Source of the DNA: Vicinamibacterales bacterium
GTDB lineage: Bacteria; Acidobacteriota; Vicinamibacteria; Vicinamibacterales; UBA8438
Assembly (NCBI GenBank): GCA_965217045.1
Contig: OZ244228.1
Coordinates: 679,668-743,667 of the forward strand
Direction: 5' to 3'
Length of the DNA stretch: 64,000 nt
Part shown: positions 54,765-63,899 of the stretch, piece by piece
Layout of the letters: each line of letters opens with the position of its first letter
Position numbering within the stretch: position 1 is the stretch's first letter
Made by a program: the position numbers and the translations under genes
Notes under the pieces: model-generated
The model's database searches: none
What the model was told of the DNA's origin: nothing
Seen by the model: only the letters and a program-made list of their open reading frames with translations

Positions 54765-55658
54765 GTGCGAGTCGGTGTATACGTCGATACGGAGAACATC
54801 ACCAGGAACGGGGGGCGCAGCCTGCGCTACGACGTGCTGCGGGAGTTCGCCTGCCGCGACGGGGCGGACGCCCTGCGGCTGAACTCGTATACCTCGTTCG
54901 ACGAGGATCGGGCCGAGACGGACGATACCTACCAGCGCAACGTGGAGAGCTTCCACGAGGCGCTGCGCGACTTCGGCTACAAGGTGATCGTCAAGCCGGT
55001 CAAGTGGTACGTCAACGAGGACGGCAAACGGTTCGGCAAGGCCAACAGCGACCTGGATATGGCGGTCGACGTGCTGCTGGAGGCGCGCAACATCGACCGG
55101 GTGCTGCTGGCCACCGGCGACGGGGACTTCGCCAAGGTGGCGCGGGCCCTCCAGAACATGGGCTGCCGTGTCGAGGTCGTGGCGTTCGACAACGTGTCCG
55201 GCGACCTCCGCCGGGAGGCGGACCTGTTCGTCTCCGGCTACCTGATTCCGGGACTGCTGCCGGGCGAGTCGAAGGGACCCGACTGGGGCCGGGAGGGATC
55301 GCGCGTGCGCGGCCTGTGCCACTGGTACGACGCGGTCAAGGGCTTCGGCTTCATCCGCTACCTGAAGTCGTTCGCCGGCCCGCTGTGGGTGACCGACACC
55401 ACGCGTGAGGACTCGCCCTACGCGTCGACCTTCGTGCACAGCAGCGAGCTGCAGAAGGCCGGCGTGAATGCGGGGTACCTGCCGAGCCGGCGGATGATTC
55501 TGGAGTTCGCGCTGCGGCCGTCGCCGACCAAGCCGGGCGAGCTGACGGCCCAGGACATCGCGCTCGTGCCCAAGACCCAGGGCCGGGATCCGCGCCTGGT
55601 GACGGCGGCGAGCCGCGGCTACGGGAACGCCGAGCCGGCGCAGAGCCGTGCGGGCTGA
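54765..55658 (+). CDS. NYN (LabA-like) nuclease domain fused to a cold-shock (CSD) domain
   Basis: 297 aa. MRVGVYVDTENI...SDLDMAVDVL...VLLATGDGDFAKV is a LabA/NYN domain. RGLCHWYDAVKGFGFIRY...FVHSSEL is a CSD/S1-like domain. Confidence 0.75.
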   Translation: MRVGVYVDTENITRNGGRSLRYDVLREFACRDGADALRLNSYTSFDEDRAETDDTYQRNVESFHEALRDFGYKVIVKPVKWYVNEDGKRFGKANSDLDMAVDVLLEARNIDRVLLATGDGDFAKVARALQNMGCRVEVVAFDNVSGDLRREADLFVSGYLIPGLLPGESKGPDWGREGSRVRGLCHWYDAVKGFGFIRYLKSFAGPLWVTDTTREDSPYASTFVHSSELQKAGVNAGYLPSRRMILEFALRPSPTKPGELTAQDIALVPKTQGRDPRLVTAASRGYGNAEPAQSRAG

Positions 55659-55686
55659 TCGCCGCACCACCCCGCTGAGCGCCACC

Positions 55687-56691
55687 ATGCCGCCCGCGCG
55701 ACAGCCGACCACACGCCCCGTTCTCCTGTTCTCGATCGTCGGCCTGGTGCTCGCCGGGGGACTCGCCGGCGCCTCGCTCGCGGGCTCGTCAGCGGCGGCG
55801 CCGGCCGCTGGGCAGGCTGCGGGCGCGCCGCGCACGCCCTGGGGCGATCCCGATCTCCAGGGCATGTGGATCAGCAGCGCGCTGGTCACGGTGCCGTTCG
55901 AACGGCCCGCGGACCTCGGCACGCGCGCGGTGCTGACCGCAGCGGAGCTCGCGGCGCGTAATGCGGCCGCCGCCGCCCGGGTTCGGCCGCGGCTGGTTCC
56001 GGCGCCCGGCTTCGGCGAGCGGCGGCCGGCGCCTCCGCTCGCCTCGCTCGTGGTCGAGCCCCCGAACGGGCGGCTGCCGCCGATGACGGACGACGGCGCG
56101 CGCCGGGCGGAGGCGTGGCGGACGAAGGCGGCGCCCGCCTACGCCCACGCCGGCCCGGAGGACCTGCGGCCCTACGACCGCTGCATCAGCCGCGGCGTCC
56201 TGGGATCCGCCTTCCCGAACATCTACTCGTCGGCCATGTGGATCCTGCAGTCGCCGGGACTCGTGTTCATCCATCACGAGATGATTCACGAGACCCGGAT
56301 GATTCCTCTCGACGGCCGTCCGCACATCGCCCCCGGCATCCGGCAGTGGATGGGCGACTCGCGCGGGCGCTGGGAAGGGGAGACGCTCGTGGTGGAGACC
56401 ACGAACTTCAACGGACGCACCGGCTCGTACGCCCGCAACGGCAACGGCAATCCGACGAGCACCGCGCTGCGGCTCGTCGAGCGCTTCAGTCTGGCCGGCG
56501 CCGGCACGCTCGACTACGAGGTGCAGGTGGACGACCCGCGGACGTGGACGCGGCCCTGGATGGTCGCGTTCCCGCTCGAGCGCGATCCCGACTACCTGTT
56601 CTTCGAGTACGCCTGCCACGAGGCGAACTACGCGCTGGTGAACATCCTGAGCGCCGTGCGGGCGGCGGAGCGCCGCGGCGGCAGGCCATAG
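55687..56691 (+). CDS. PDLQ-CHEGN family secreted protein, paralogue k
   Basis: The start is ATG 55687, or GTG 55648 overlapping the NYN gene end. Motifs: RTPWGDPDLQGMW...PFERP, SLVVEPPNGRLP, YDRCISRG, EMIHETRMIPLDGRPH, WMGDSRGRWEGETLVVETTNF, FEYACHEANY. Confidence 0.85.
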   Translation: MPPARQPTTRPVLLFSIVGLVLAGGLAGASLAGSSAAAPAAGQAAGAPRTPWGDPDLQGMWISSALVTVPFERPADLGTRAVLTAAELAARNAAAAARVRPRLVPAPGFGERRPAPPLASLVVEPPNGRLPPMTDDGARRAEAWRTKAAPAYAHAGPEDLRPYDRCISRGVLGSAFPNIYSSAMWILQSPGLVFIHHEMIHETRMIPLDGRPHIAPGIRQWMGDSRGRWEGETLVVETTNFNGRTGSYARNGNGNPTSTALRLVERFSLAGAGTLDYEVQVDDPRTWTRPWMVAFPLERDPDYLFFEYACHEANYALVNILSAVRAAERRGGRP

Positions 56692-56781
56692 CGAGCGGCT
56701 CGGTCGGCCGGCGGCGTGCCGGCCAGGGCTAGGGTCCGCTCAGCGCCCCTTCGGCGACCGGCTCCGCATGAGCCGGTTGTC

Positions 56782-58536
56782 CTACCGGGCGGCTTCCGCC
56801 GCCGCCTCCACGGCGCGGCCGCCGCTCAGAATGCCGGTCATGCTGTAGTTGCCCTCGTGGCAGGAGTACTCGACCAGCTCGTACTGCGAGTCGTCCCGGT
56901 CGAACCGGAACATGGCGGTCCACGGACGCGTCCAGACCTTGGGATCGTCGATCGTGAACTCGTACTGCAGCGTCATGGGACCCACCCGCGTGAACCGCTC
57001 GGTCAGCGTGAGCTCGTCGCTGGACGAGGCCCAGACGGGCCGCCCGATCGACGCGATGCGGCCGTCGAAGTTGGTCGTCTCGATCACGAGGGTGTCGCCC
57101 TCCCAGCGGCCCTGCGGATCGCCCAGCCACAGATCGAGTTCCGATCCGAGCCGTGGGCGCTCCGTGGTGGGGATGATGCGCGTCTCGTGGATCATTTCCT
57201 TCGTGATGGCCACGTAGCCGGGTCCCTGCACGATCTGCAGGCCGTTGTTGTAGACGGTCGGGATCATCATCCCGGGGATGCCGCGCGTGAGGCAGCGGGC
57301 GGCCGGGCGCACGTTCTCGGGGCCGGCGTAGGGGCGCGACTCGTAGTTGCCCAGCACCTGCTCGTAGAGCGCCTGCCCGTACTCGGTGCGGCCGGGCAGG
57401 CGCCCGTCCGGCGGGTCGACGATCATCGCCACCTGGGTGGAGACGGCCGCATGACCGTAGCTCAGCGTCACGTCGCGCCACTCCCGGTCGTAGCCCCAGA
57501 TGCTGCCCAGGGTGCCGTCCTCCCGCCGCGCGATCGCCTCCTCGGGGGTCAGCTCGTCGGCTTCGACGTCCAGCGGGCGCTCGAGCGGGATGCCGTGCGA
57601 CGGGTTCCCGGTCCAGATGCCCTGCAGATCGGGCTCGCCCCACGATGTGTGCGGGACGTCGTACGCCTCCTGCGCGTCGCTCGTGCGGATGGCGGCGGCC
57701 AGCTCGCTGCCGACGCCGGCGAAGCCGGCCTCGACCATTGCGATGCGCACGTTGTCGGGGCCGCTGAGGAACGCGCGCTTCGCCGCGGTGCGCGCGTTCT
57801 CCGGCACCGTCGGCTCCTCCTCGAAGCGGACGCCCTGCCGGCGCAGGCCGGGCGCCTCGGCGTCGAGGTCGGGCACCACGAAGCCGAGGTGGTCGATGGC
57901 CCGGCCGCGCGTCGAGGCCGGCGCCGCGCCCTGCGGATGGGCCGCGACCAGCAGCAGGACGTCGCCGAACGCCAGGCCGTCCAGGCGGCCCTTCAGCGTG
58001 GCCGGCTCACCGCCCATGACGTCGCGGTACCAGGCGAGGGTGGCTTCAGGGTCGGTCGCGCTGAGGTGGATATGGTGGAAGCCGAGTCGCTCCGCATCCT
58101 CGACCAACTCGATGCGCGTTCCCCACGGGTCGAAGATGAAGGCGATCTTGAACAGCCCGGGGACGTCCCGCACCATCGATCCGTCGTCGAAGCGCTGCAG
58201 GCGAACGCCGGTGCCGCGCACGCCGATGGCCTCGAACTCGGCCATCTTGGCTGTCAGATCCGGGTACGAGAAACCGATGTGGTTCACGCCGGTGCCCTGG
58301 CTGCCGCCCGTGGTCGCCTGCGGGACGAACACGAGCTCCACGCCATCGCACGCGGCGGCGTCGTCGCGGTCGGCGACCGGCTCGCATCCCAGGTGCTCCG
58401 CGTACCATTCGACGCCCCTGGCCGGGCTCGACGCCGTGATGTGCACGTGGTGGTAGTCGGCCGCGAAGGCGGCGCCCGGCGCCGCGGCGAGCGTCGCGGC
58501 GGCCGCGAGTGCGAGAGCGGCTCGATTCGAGTGCAT
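56782..58536 (-). CDS. Fusion protein: signal peptide, two VOC (glyoxalase/extradiol dioxygenase-fold) domains, then a PDLQ-CHEGN family domain (paralogue l)
   Basis: Start ATG 58536 follows AGGAGG (MHSNRAALALAAAATLAAAPGAAFA). The VOC units are YHHVHI...VNHIGF...FIFDPWGTRIELVE and FHHIHL...IDHLGF...FLSGPDNVRIAMVE. After them come HTSWGEPDLQGIW...PLERP, AMIVDPPDGRLP, ARCLTRG, EMIHETRIIPT, WLGDPQGRWEGDTLVIETTNF and VEYSCHEGNY. Confidence 0.85.
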   Translation of the reverse strand: MHSNRAALALAAAATLAAAPGAAFAADYHHVHITASSPARGVEWYAEHLGCEPVADRDDAAACDGVELVFVPQATTGGSQGTGVNHIGFSYPDLTAKMAEFEAIGVRGTGVRLQRFDDGSMVRDVPGLFKIAFIFDPWGTRIELVEDAERLGFHHIHLSATDPEATLAWYRDVMGGEPATLKGRLDGLAFGDVLLLVAAHPQGAAPASTRGRAIDHLGFVVPDLDAEAPGLRRQGVRFEEEPTVPENARTAAKRAFLSGPDNVRIAMVEAGFAGVGSELAAAIRTSDAQEAYDVPHTSWGEPDLQGIWTGNPSHGIPLERPLDVEADELTPEEAIARREDGTLGSIWGYDREWRDVTLSYGHAAVSTQVAMIVDPPDGRLPGRTEYGQALYEQVLGNYESRPYAGPENVRPAARCLTRGIPGMMIPTVYNNGLQIVQGPGYVAITKEMIHETRIIPTTERPRLGSELDLWLGDPQGRWEGDTLVIETTNFDGRIASIGRPVWASSSDELTLTERFTRVGPMTLQYEFTIDDPKVWTRPWTAMFRFDRDDSQYELVEYSCHEGNYSMTGILSGGRAVEAAAEAAR

Positions 58537-58585
58537 CGGGATACCTCCTGCGCCTCCACCCGGACACGTTCCCGCCGGTGGCCAT

Positions 58586-61093
58586 ATGATCCCCAGGGTG
58601 GAATCCATGCCGGGGGTGATGAAGCTGCGTATCGGAAGGCAGGGTAGCACAGTCGGCCGCCCGTTGGCGGGCGCGACCCGGGCCGCGCTGTGGCGCGCGG
58701 CGGGCCGTGCGGCGCTGGCGGTCTGCCTGGCCGCGTCAGGCGCCACCGGGACGCTCCGGGCACAGGCCCGGGGCGGTTCCCCGGCCGCCGCCGCGGTGTC
58801 CGTCGACCCTCTGCCGGGCCAGGTCGCGCCGGCCGCGGCAGGCTTCGACGCGGCGCTCGCGGCGGCCATCGACGGGCCACCACCGCCGGCCCCGCCCGCC
58901 GTGATGAACCGCGATGCGTCCGGCCGGACCACCGTGCGCGCCATCCGCCTGGCGGCGGGGATCCGGCTGGACGGCGCGCTCGACGAGGAGGTTTATCGCG
59001 TCGTGCCGCCGATCACGGACTTTCTGCAGCAGGTGCCGGTGGAAGGGGCGCCGGCCTCGGAGCGGACGGAAGCCTGGATTCTGTTCGACGACACGAACGT
59101 CTACGTGTCGGCGCGCGTGCACGACTCGGCGCCCGAGAGCGAGTGGGTCGCCAACGAGATGCGGCGGGACACGAACCAGCTGCGCCAGAACGACACCTTC
59201 ACGGTCTTCTTCGACACGTTCTACGACCGGCGCAACGGGTTCAACTTCTACACCAACCCGCTCGGCGCGCGCGCCGACCAGCAGTTCACGAACGAGGGCA
59301 ACCCCAACGGCGACTGGAATCCGGTGTGGGACGTCCGGACGGGACGCTTCGACGGGGGCTGGACGGTGGAGATGGAGATACCGTTCAAGACGCTCCGCTA
59401 CCGGTCGGGCTCCCCCCAACTGTGGGGGGTGCAGATGCGCCGCTCCGTGCGCCGCAAGAACGAGTGGACGTACCTCACGCGGATCCCGATCTCGGCCGGC
59501 GGCGGCCAGGGCGCGGCAGGCATTTTCCGCGTCTCGGCGGCCGCCACGCTCGTGGGGCTCGAGCCGCCGAGCGCCAGCCGGCTCCTAGAGATCAAGCCCT
59601 ACGCCATCGGCGGGCTGGCGACCGACCGCTACTCGATTCCGATCCGTGACAACGAGGGCAGCGCGGCGGTCGGCGCCGACGTCAAGCTGGGGATCACGCA
59701 GAACCTGACGGCGGACTTCACCTACAACACCGACTTCGCCCAGGTGGAGGTGGACGAGCAGCAGGTGAACCTGACGCGCTTCAGCCTCTTCTTTCCCGAG
59801 AAGCGGGAGTTCTTCCTCGAAGGCCGCGGCATCTTCGGGTTCGCCCGCCCCGGCGTGGGAGCCGGCAGCCCCGGCCAGCCCAACGACGTGCCGACCCTCT
59901 TCTACAGCCGGCGGATCGGCCTGGAGGGTGACGCCGAGCGGGTGCCGGTCGTGGTGCCGATCCACGGCGGGGCGCGGATGACGGGCAAGGCGGGCGCGTT
60001 CGATGTGGGCGCGCTCAGCATCCAGACGGAGGCGTCGCCCGAGGCGCGCACCGCGTCCACGAACTTCACGGTGCTCCGCATCCGGCGGGACCTCCTGCGG
60101 CGCAGCAGCGTCGGTGCCATCTTCACGAACCGGTCGGTCTCGCTCGTCGGCCCCGGCGCGAGCCAGGCGTACGGCGTCGACGGCACGTTCTCGTTTTACG
60201 AGAGCCTCGACTTCGTGACCTACTACGCGCGCACCCGGACGCCGCTGGGCGCGGGCAGGGACGCCAGCTACCAGGGCCGCTTCGACTACGGCGGAGACCG
60301 TTACGGCCTCACTGTCAACCACCTCGTCGTGGAGGAGCACTTCCTGCCCGAGATCGGCTTCCTGCAGCGGGACAACTACCGCCGCACCAACCTGTCCGGC
60401 CGGTTCAGCCCGCGGCCGCGGGCGAGCGAGCTCGTCCGGCGCTACTCGCTGGAGGCGGGCGTCGACTACTTCACGACGGCCGACCGCGGACTCGTCGAGA
60501 CGCGCGAGCGCACGCTGGACTTCTCGACCGAGTTCCACAACAGCGACCAGCTCGAGGTCAATCTGACGAACTCTTACGAGCTGCTGCAGGCGCCGTTCCG
60601 GATCTCCCGGGACGTCGTGCTCCCGGCGGGCGGCTACGGGTTCACGGCAGGCACCGTGGCCTACACGCTCGGCGGTCAGCGCCGGACCAGCGGCGGCCTG
60701 GCGCTGACGGCCGGCAGCTTCTGGAGCGGCGACATCCGCACGCTCGAGTACCGGCAGGGCCGCATCAACGTGCTGAACCAGTTCTCGATCGAGCCGACGA
60801 TCTCGTTCAACGACATCGACCTGCCGGAAGGGGACTTCATCACCACCCTGGTCAGCACCCGCCTCAACTACGCGTTCAACCCGCGCATGTTCCTCAGCGG
60901 GCTCGTGCAGTACAGCTCGAGCACCGACCGCTGGAGCAACAACCTGCGCTTGCGTTGGGAGTACAGTCCGGGCAGCGAGCTGTTCGTGGTATACACGGAG
61001 GAGCGCGACCTGGAGGCGCTGCGGCCGAGCCGCTACACCGGGCTGCGCAACCGCGGCTTCGTGGTGAAGTTCAACCGGCTGTTCCAGTTGTAG
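58586..61093 (+). CDS. DUF5916 / carbohydrate-binding family 9-like outer-membrane protein
   Basis: 835-aa ORF (the start may be an internal ATG, at 58607 or 58619). It contains IRLDGALDEEVYRVVPPITDFLQQVP.EG...NVYVSARVHD...NDTFTVFFDTFYDRRNGFNFYTNPLGARAD...GWTVEMEIPFKTLRY, followed by a long beta-rich region ending in F..L. Confidence 0.75.
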   Translation: MIPRVESMPGVMKLRIGRQGSTVGRPLAGATRAALWRAAGRAALAVCLAASGATGTLRAQARGGSPAAAAVSVDPLPGQVAPAAAGFDAALAAAIDGPPPPAPPAVMNRDASGRTTVRAIRLAAGIRLDGALDEEVYRVVPPITDFLQQVPVEGAPASERTEAWILFDDTNVYVSARVHDSAPESEWVANEMRRDTNQLRQNDTFTVFFDTFYDRRNGFNFYTNPLGARADQQFTNEGNPNGDWNPVWDVRTGRFDGGWTVEMEIPFKTLRYRSGSPQLWGVQMRRSVRRKNEWTYLTRIPISAGGGQGAAGIFRVSAAATLVGLEPPSASRLLEIKPYAIGGLATDRYSIPIRDNEGSAAVGADVKLGITQNLTADFTYNTDFAQVEVDEQQVNLTRFSLFFPEKREFFLEGRGIFGFARPGVGAGSPGQPNDVPTLFYSRRIGLEGDAERVPVVVPIHGGARMTGKAGAFDVGALSIQTEASPEARTASTNFTVLRIRRDLLRRSSVGAIFTNRSVSLVGPGASQAYGVDGTFSFYESLDFVTYYARTRTPLGAGRDASYQGRFDYGGDRYGLTVNHLVVEEHFLPEIGFLQRDNYRRTNLSGRFSPRPRASELVRRYSLEAGVDYFTTADRGLVETRERTLDFSTEFHNSDQLEVNLTNSYELLQAPFRISRDVVLPAGGYGFTAGTVAYTLGGQRRTSGGLALTAGSFWSGDIRTLEYRQGRINVLNQFSIEPTISFNDIDLPEGDFITTLVSTRLNYAFNPRMFLSGLVQYSSSTDRWSNNLRLRWEYSPGSELFVVYTEERDLEALRPSRYTGLRNRGFVVKFNRLFQL

Positions 61094-61149
61094 CCGGCCG
61101 GAGACGGGAGAGAATGGCGATGGACATGGCGCTCTAGATCCTCCAAGGG

Positions 61150-61488
61150 TTGCTGGCGCTGCTGTTCCTGGCGGCGGGCGGCATGAAGCTGTTCGCGCAG
61201 GACCGCTACCGCGAGCAGGTCGGGCGCCAGAACCCGGACCTGGAGCTCGGGCTCTCGCGCGGACTCGTCACGTTCATCGGCCTGAGTGAGGTCGCGGGCG
61301 CGCTCGGGTTCGTGCTGCCGGCGGGCACCAGCGTGCTGCCCGCGTTGACCCCGCTGGCCGCGGCGGGGCTGGCCGTGGTCATGATTCTGGCGATTCGCTT
61401 TCACCTGCGGCGGCGGGAGCCCATGGTGGCGCCCGCCGCCCTGCTGGTGTTGTGTGCGGTCGTGGCGGTCGGCCGGGGACTGGGCTGA
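61150..61488 (+). CDS. DoxX-like family membrane protein
   Basis: 112 aa from TTG 61150, with four hydrophobic segments. It contains LLALLFLAAGGMKL and SEVAGALGFVLP. An in-frame TAG at 61135-61137 separates it from upstream ATGs (see findings). Confidence 0.6.
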   Translation: MLALLFLAAGGMKLFAQDRYREQVGRQNPDLELGLSRGLVTFIGLSEVAGALGFVLPAGTSVLPALTPLAAAGLAVVMILAIRFHLRRREPMVAPAALLVLCAVVAVGRGLG

Positions 61489-61517
61489 CCGGGACGTTGC
61501 AGGAGAGGAGCCTCCAA

Positions 61518-62399
61518 ATGAAGATACGCTCGACATTCGCGCGCCTGGGGCTGCTGGTGGGCCTCCCGGCGATTCTGCTCTCGGTCACGGCGGCGAACGC
61601 CCAGCGCGAGGTGGACTGGGACGCCGTGGAGATCGCGACGCATCACGTGCGCGGGACGGTGCACTACGTCTCCGGCCGCGGCGGCAACATCGGCCTGTCG
61701 GTGGGCGACGACGGCGTCCTCATGGTGGACGATCAGTTCGGCCCGCTCACCGATCGGATCGTGGAGGCGATTCGCGGGATCTCCAACGGCGACATCCGCT
61801 TCGTCATCAACACCCACGTGCACGGGGATCACGTGGGGGGCAACGAGAACCTCGGCCGCATGGGCATCCTGATCATGGCGCAGGACCGCGTACGGCTGCG
61901 GCTGGCCGAGCGGCTGCCCGCGGTGGCCCTGCCGACCGTCACCTACAGCGAGGACGTCACCGTCCACCTGAACGGCGAGGAAGTGCACATCTTCCCCGTG
62001 CCGGCCTCGCACACGGACGGCGACAGCGTCATCCACTTCAAGGATTCCGACGTGATGGTCGTGGGCGACGTGTTCCGCACGGTCGCCTTCCCGGTGATCG
62101 ACCGCAACAACGGCGGGAGCCTACCGGGTACCATCGACACGCTCGGCATCATCGCCGGGCGGGCGGGGCCCGACACGCTGATCGTGCCGGGGCACGGCGA
62201 GGTGACCACGCGGGAGGACGTCGTCGAGTTCCGCGACATGGTGATCGACGTGGCCGGCCAGGTGGAGGAACTCGTCGGGCAGGGGATGACCTACGAGCAG
62301 GTGGCGGCAGCCGGGGCGACGGCGGCCTACGAAGCGAAGTGGGGCGACCCCGAGCGCTTTCTGACCGCGGTGTATGCGGAGCTCGGCGGCGAGGGGTGA
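61518..62399 (+). CDS. MBL-fold metallo-hydrolase, secreted
   Basis: Start ATG 61518 follows AGGAGAGGAG (MKIRSTFARLGLLVGLPAILLSVTAANAQ). The metal motif is NTHVHGDHVGGN, with SHTDGDS and VPGHG downstream. Confidence 0.85.
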   Translation: MKIRSTFARLGLLVGLPAILLSVTAANAQREVDWDAVEIATHHVRGTVHYVSGRGGNIGLSVGDDGVLMVDDQFGPLTDRIVEAIRGISNGDIRFVINTHVHGDHVGGNENLGRMGILIMAQDRVRLRLAERLPAVALPTVTYSEDVTVHLNGEEVHIFPVPASHTDGDSVIHFKDSDVMVVGDVFRTVAFPVIDRNNGGSLPGTIDTLGIIAGRAGPDTLIVPGHGEVTTREDVVEFRDMVIDVAGQVEELVGQGMTYEQVAAAGATAAYEAKWGDPERFLTAVYAELGGEG

Positions 62400-62456
62400 A
62401 GCCGGACGCGGGCTGTCGAACGCGGTAACCTCGGGCAAGAGGCGGGGGAGTGGCTG

Positions 62457-63890
62457 ATGATGACCAGAGGGCAAGCGGGCAGGTTCAGCGGCCGGTCGGC
62501 GGTCGGGTTGTGCGCCGCGCTGGGGGTGGTGGTGTTCCCCCTCGCGGCGGCCGGACAGGCCGCGCCGCGCGAGGCGGTGACGTTCACGAAGGACATCGCC
62601 CTGATCCTGCAGCGGAGCTGTCAGCGCTGCCATCGGCCGAACTCGCTGGCCCCGATGTCGTTGATCGACTACGACGAGGTGCGTCCCTGGGCGCGGTCCA
62701 TCAAGCATCGCACCGGGCTGCGGGACAAGCCGGGGGCCATGCCGCCGTGGTACGTCGAGAAGCACATCGGCATCCAGCAGTTCAAGAACGACCCGTCGCT
62801 GAGTGACGAGGAGATCAAGAAGATCGCGGCGTGGGCCGACGCCGGCGCCCCGCAGGGCGATCCGGCCGACATGCCGCTGCCCGTGGCGTTCATCGACGTG
62901 GACGAATGGGAGATCGGGCAGCCCGATCTGATCGTGTCGTCGCCCAGCGTCGAGGTGAAGGCCGAGGCGCCCGACTGGTGGGGTCCGCACGGCGAGTCGC
63001 CGAGCGGGTTGACCGAGGATCGCTACGTCGCGGCGCTCGAGTTCAAGGAGGTCACCGAGTCGCGGACGGGCGCCGCGCGCGACACGGTGGGCGCGCTGTT
63101 CGTGATCCACCACGCGGTGCTGGGCGTCGTCGATCCGGGCGCGGAGAAGACCGTCCAGGAGCGCCAGCGGCTCGGCGGCTGGCCGACCCACGAGGTGGGG
63201 CGCAACGCCGACGTCTTCGATCCCGAGGCGGGCCGACTGATGCCGGCCGGAGCGACCGTGGTGTTTCCCAATGGCCATCTGCACTCCAACGGCGCGGACA
63301 CGACAGCCCGGCTGGACGTCGGCTTCAAGTTCCACCCGCGGGGGTACGAGCCGACGGTGAGGGAGCAGGGCATAAGCTGGGCGAGCGTGGATCTCGACCT
63401 CGAGCCGATGGATCCCGACCAGGAGATCGACATCTACTTCACGGCGCCGAGGCATCTGAAGATGACCATCTTCGAGCCCCACATGCACGCGGCCGGCGTG
63501 CGGATGTGCCTGGAGGCCATCTGGGGCCAGATGCGGGAGACGCTCAACTGCGTGGGGTACGACCACAGCTGGGTCCGGGTCTATACCTACGCGGACGACG
63601 CGGCGCCGCTCCTGCCAAAGGGCACTATCCTGCGCCTGGTCGGCTACTTCAACAACTCGCCCACGAATCTCAACGTGCCGGATCCGCGGAACTGGTCCGG
63701 GGCGGGCATGCGTTCGGTCGACCAGATGCTCATCAACCTGGCGCGCGGCATCTATCTGACCGACGAGCAGTTCAGCGAGGAGCTTGCCGGCCGGCGGGAG
63801 CGGCTCGGGATCGGGACGGGAGACAACGTGGTCGGCTGCCCGCTCTGCGGACTGGACGATCCGCTCGGCGCCGACGCTGGCGACCAGTAG
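62457..63890 (+). CDS. Heme-c (CxxCH) domain fused to a PHM/DBH-like copper monooxygenase-fold domain
   Basis: 477 aa with a signal peptide. ILQRSCQRCHRPNSLAPMSL is a cytochrome-c-type site. Later VIHHAV, NGHLHSNG and EPHMHAAGVRM resemble the HH..H and HxH..M copper sites of peptidylglycine/dopamine monooxygenases. Confidence 0.6.
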   Translation: MMTRGQAGRFSGRSAVGLCAALGVVVFPLAAAGQAAPREAVTFTKDIALILQRSCQRCHRPNSLAPMSLIDYDEVRPWARSIKHRTGLRDKPGAMPPWYVEKHIGIQQFKNDPSLSDEEIKKIAAWADAGAPQGDPADMPLPVAFIDVDEWEIGQPDLIVSSPSVEVKAEAPDWWGPHGESPSGLTEDRYVAALEFKEVTESRTGAARDTVGALFVIHHAVLGVVDPGAEKTVQERQRLGGWPTHEVGRNADVFDPEAGRLMPAGATVVFPNGHLHSNGADTTARLDVGFKFHPRGYEPTVREQGISWASVDLDLEPMDPDQEIDIYFTAPRHLKMTIFEPHMHAAGVRMCLEAIWGQMRETLNCVGYDHSWVRVYTYADDAAPLLPKGTILRLVGYFNNSPTNLNVPDPRNWSGAGMRSVDQMLINLARGIYLTDEQFSEELAGRRERLGIGTGDNVVGCPLCGLDDPLGADAGDQ

Positions 63891-63899
63891 GAGGCGAGC

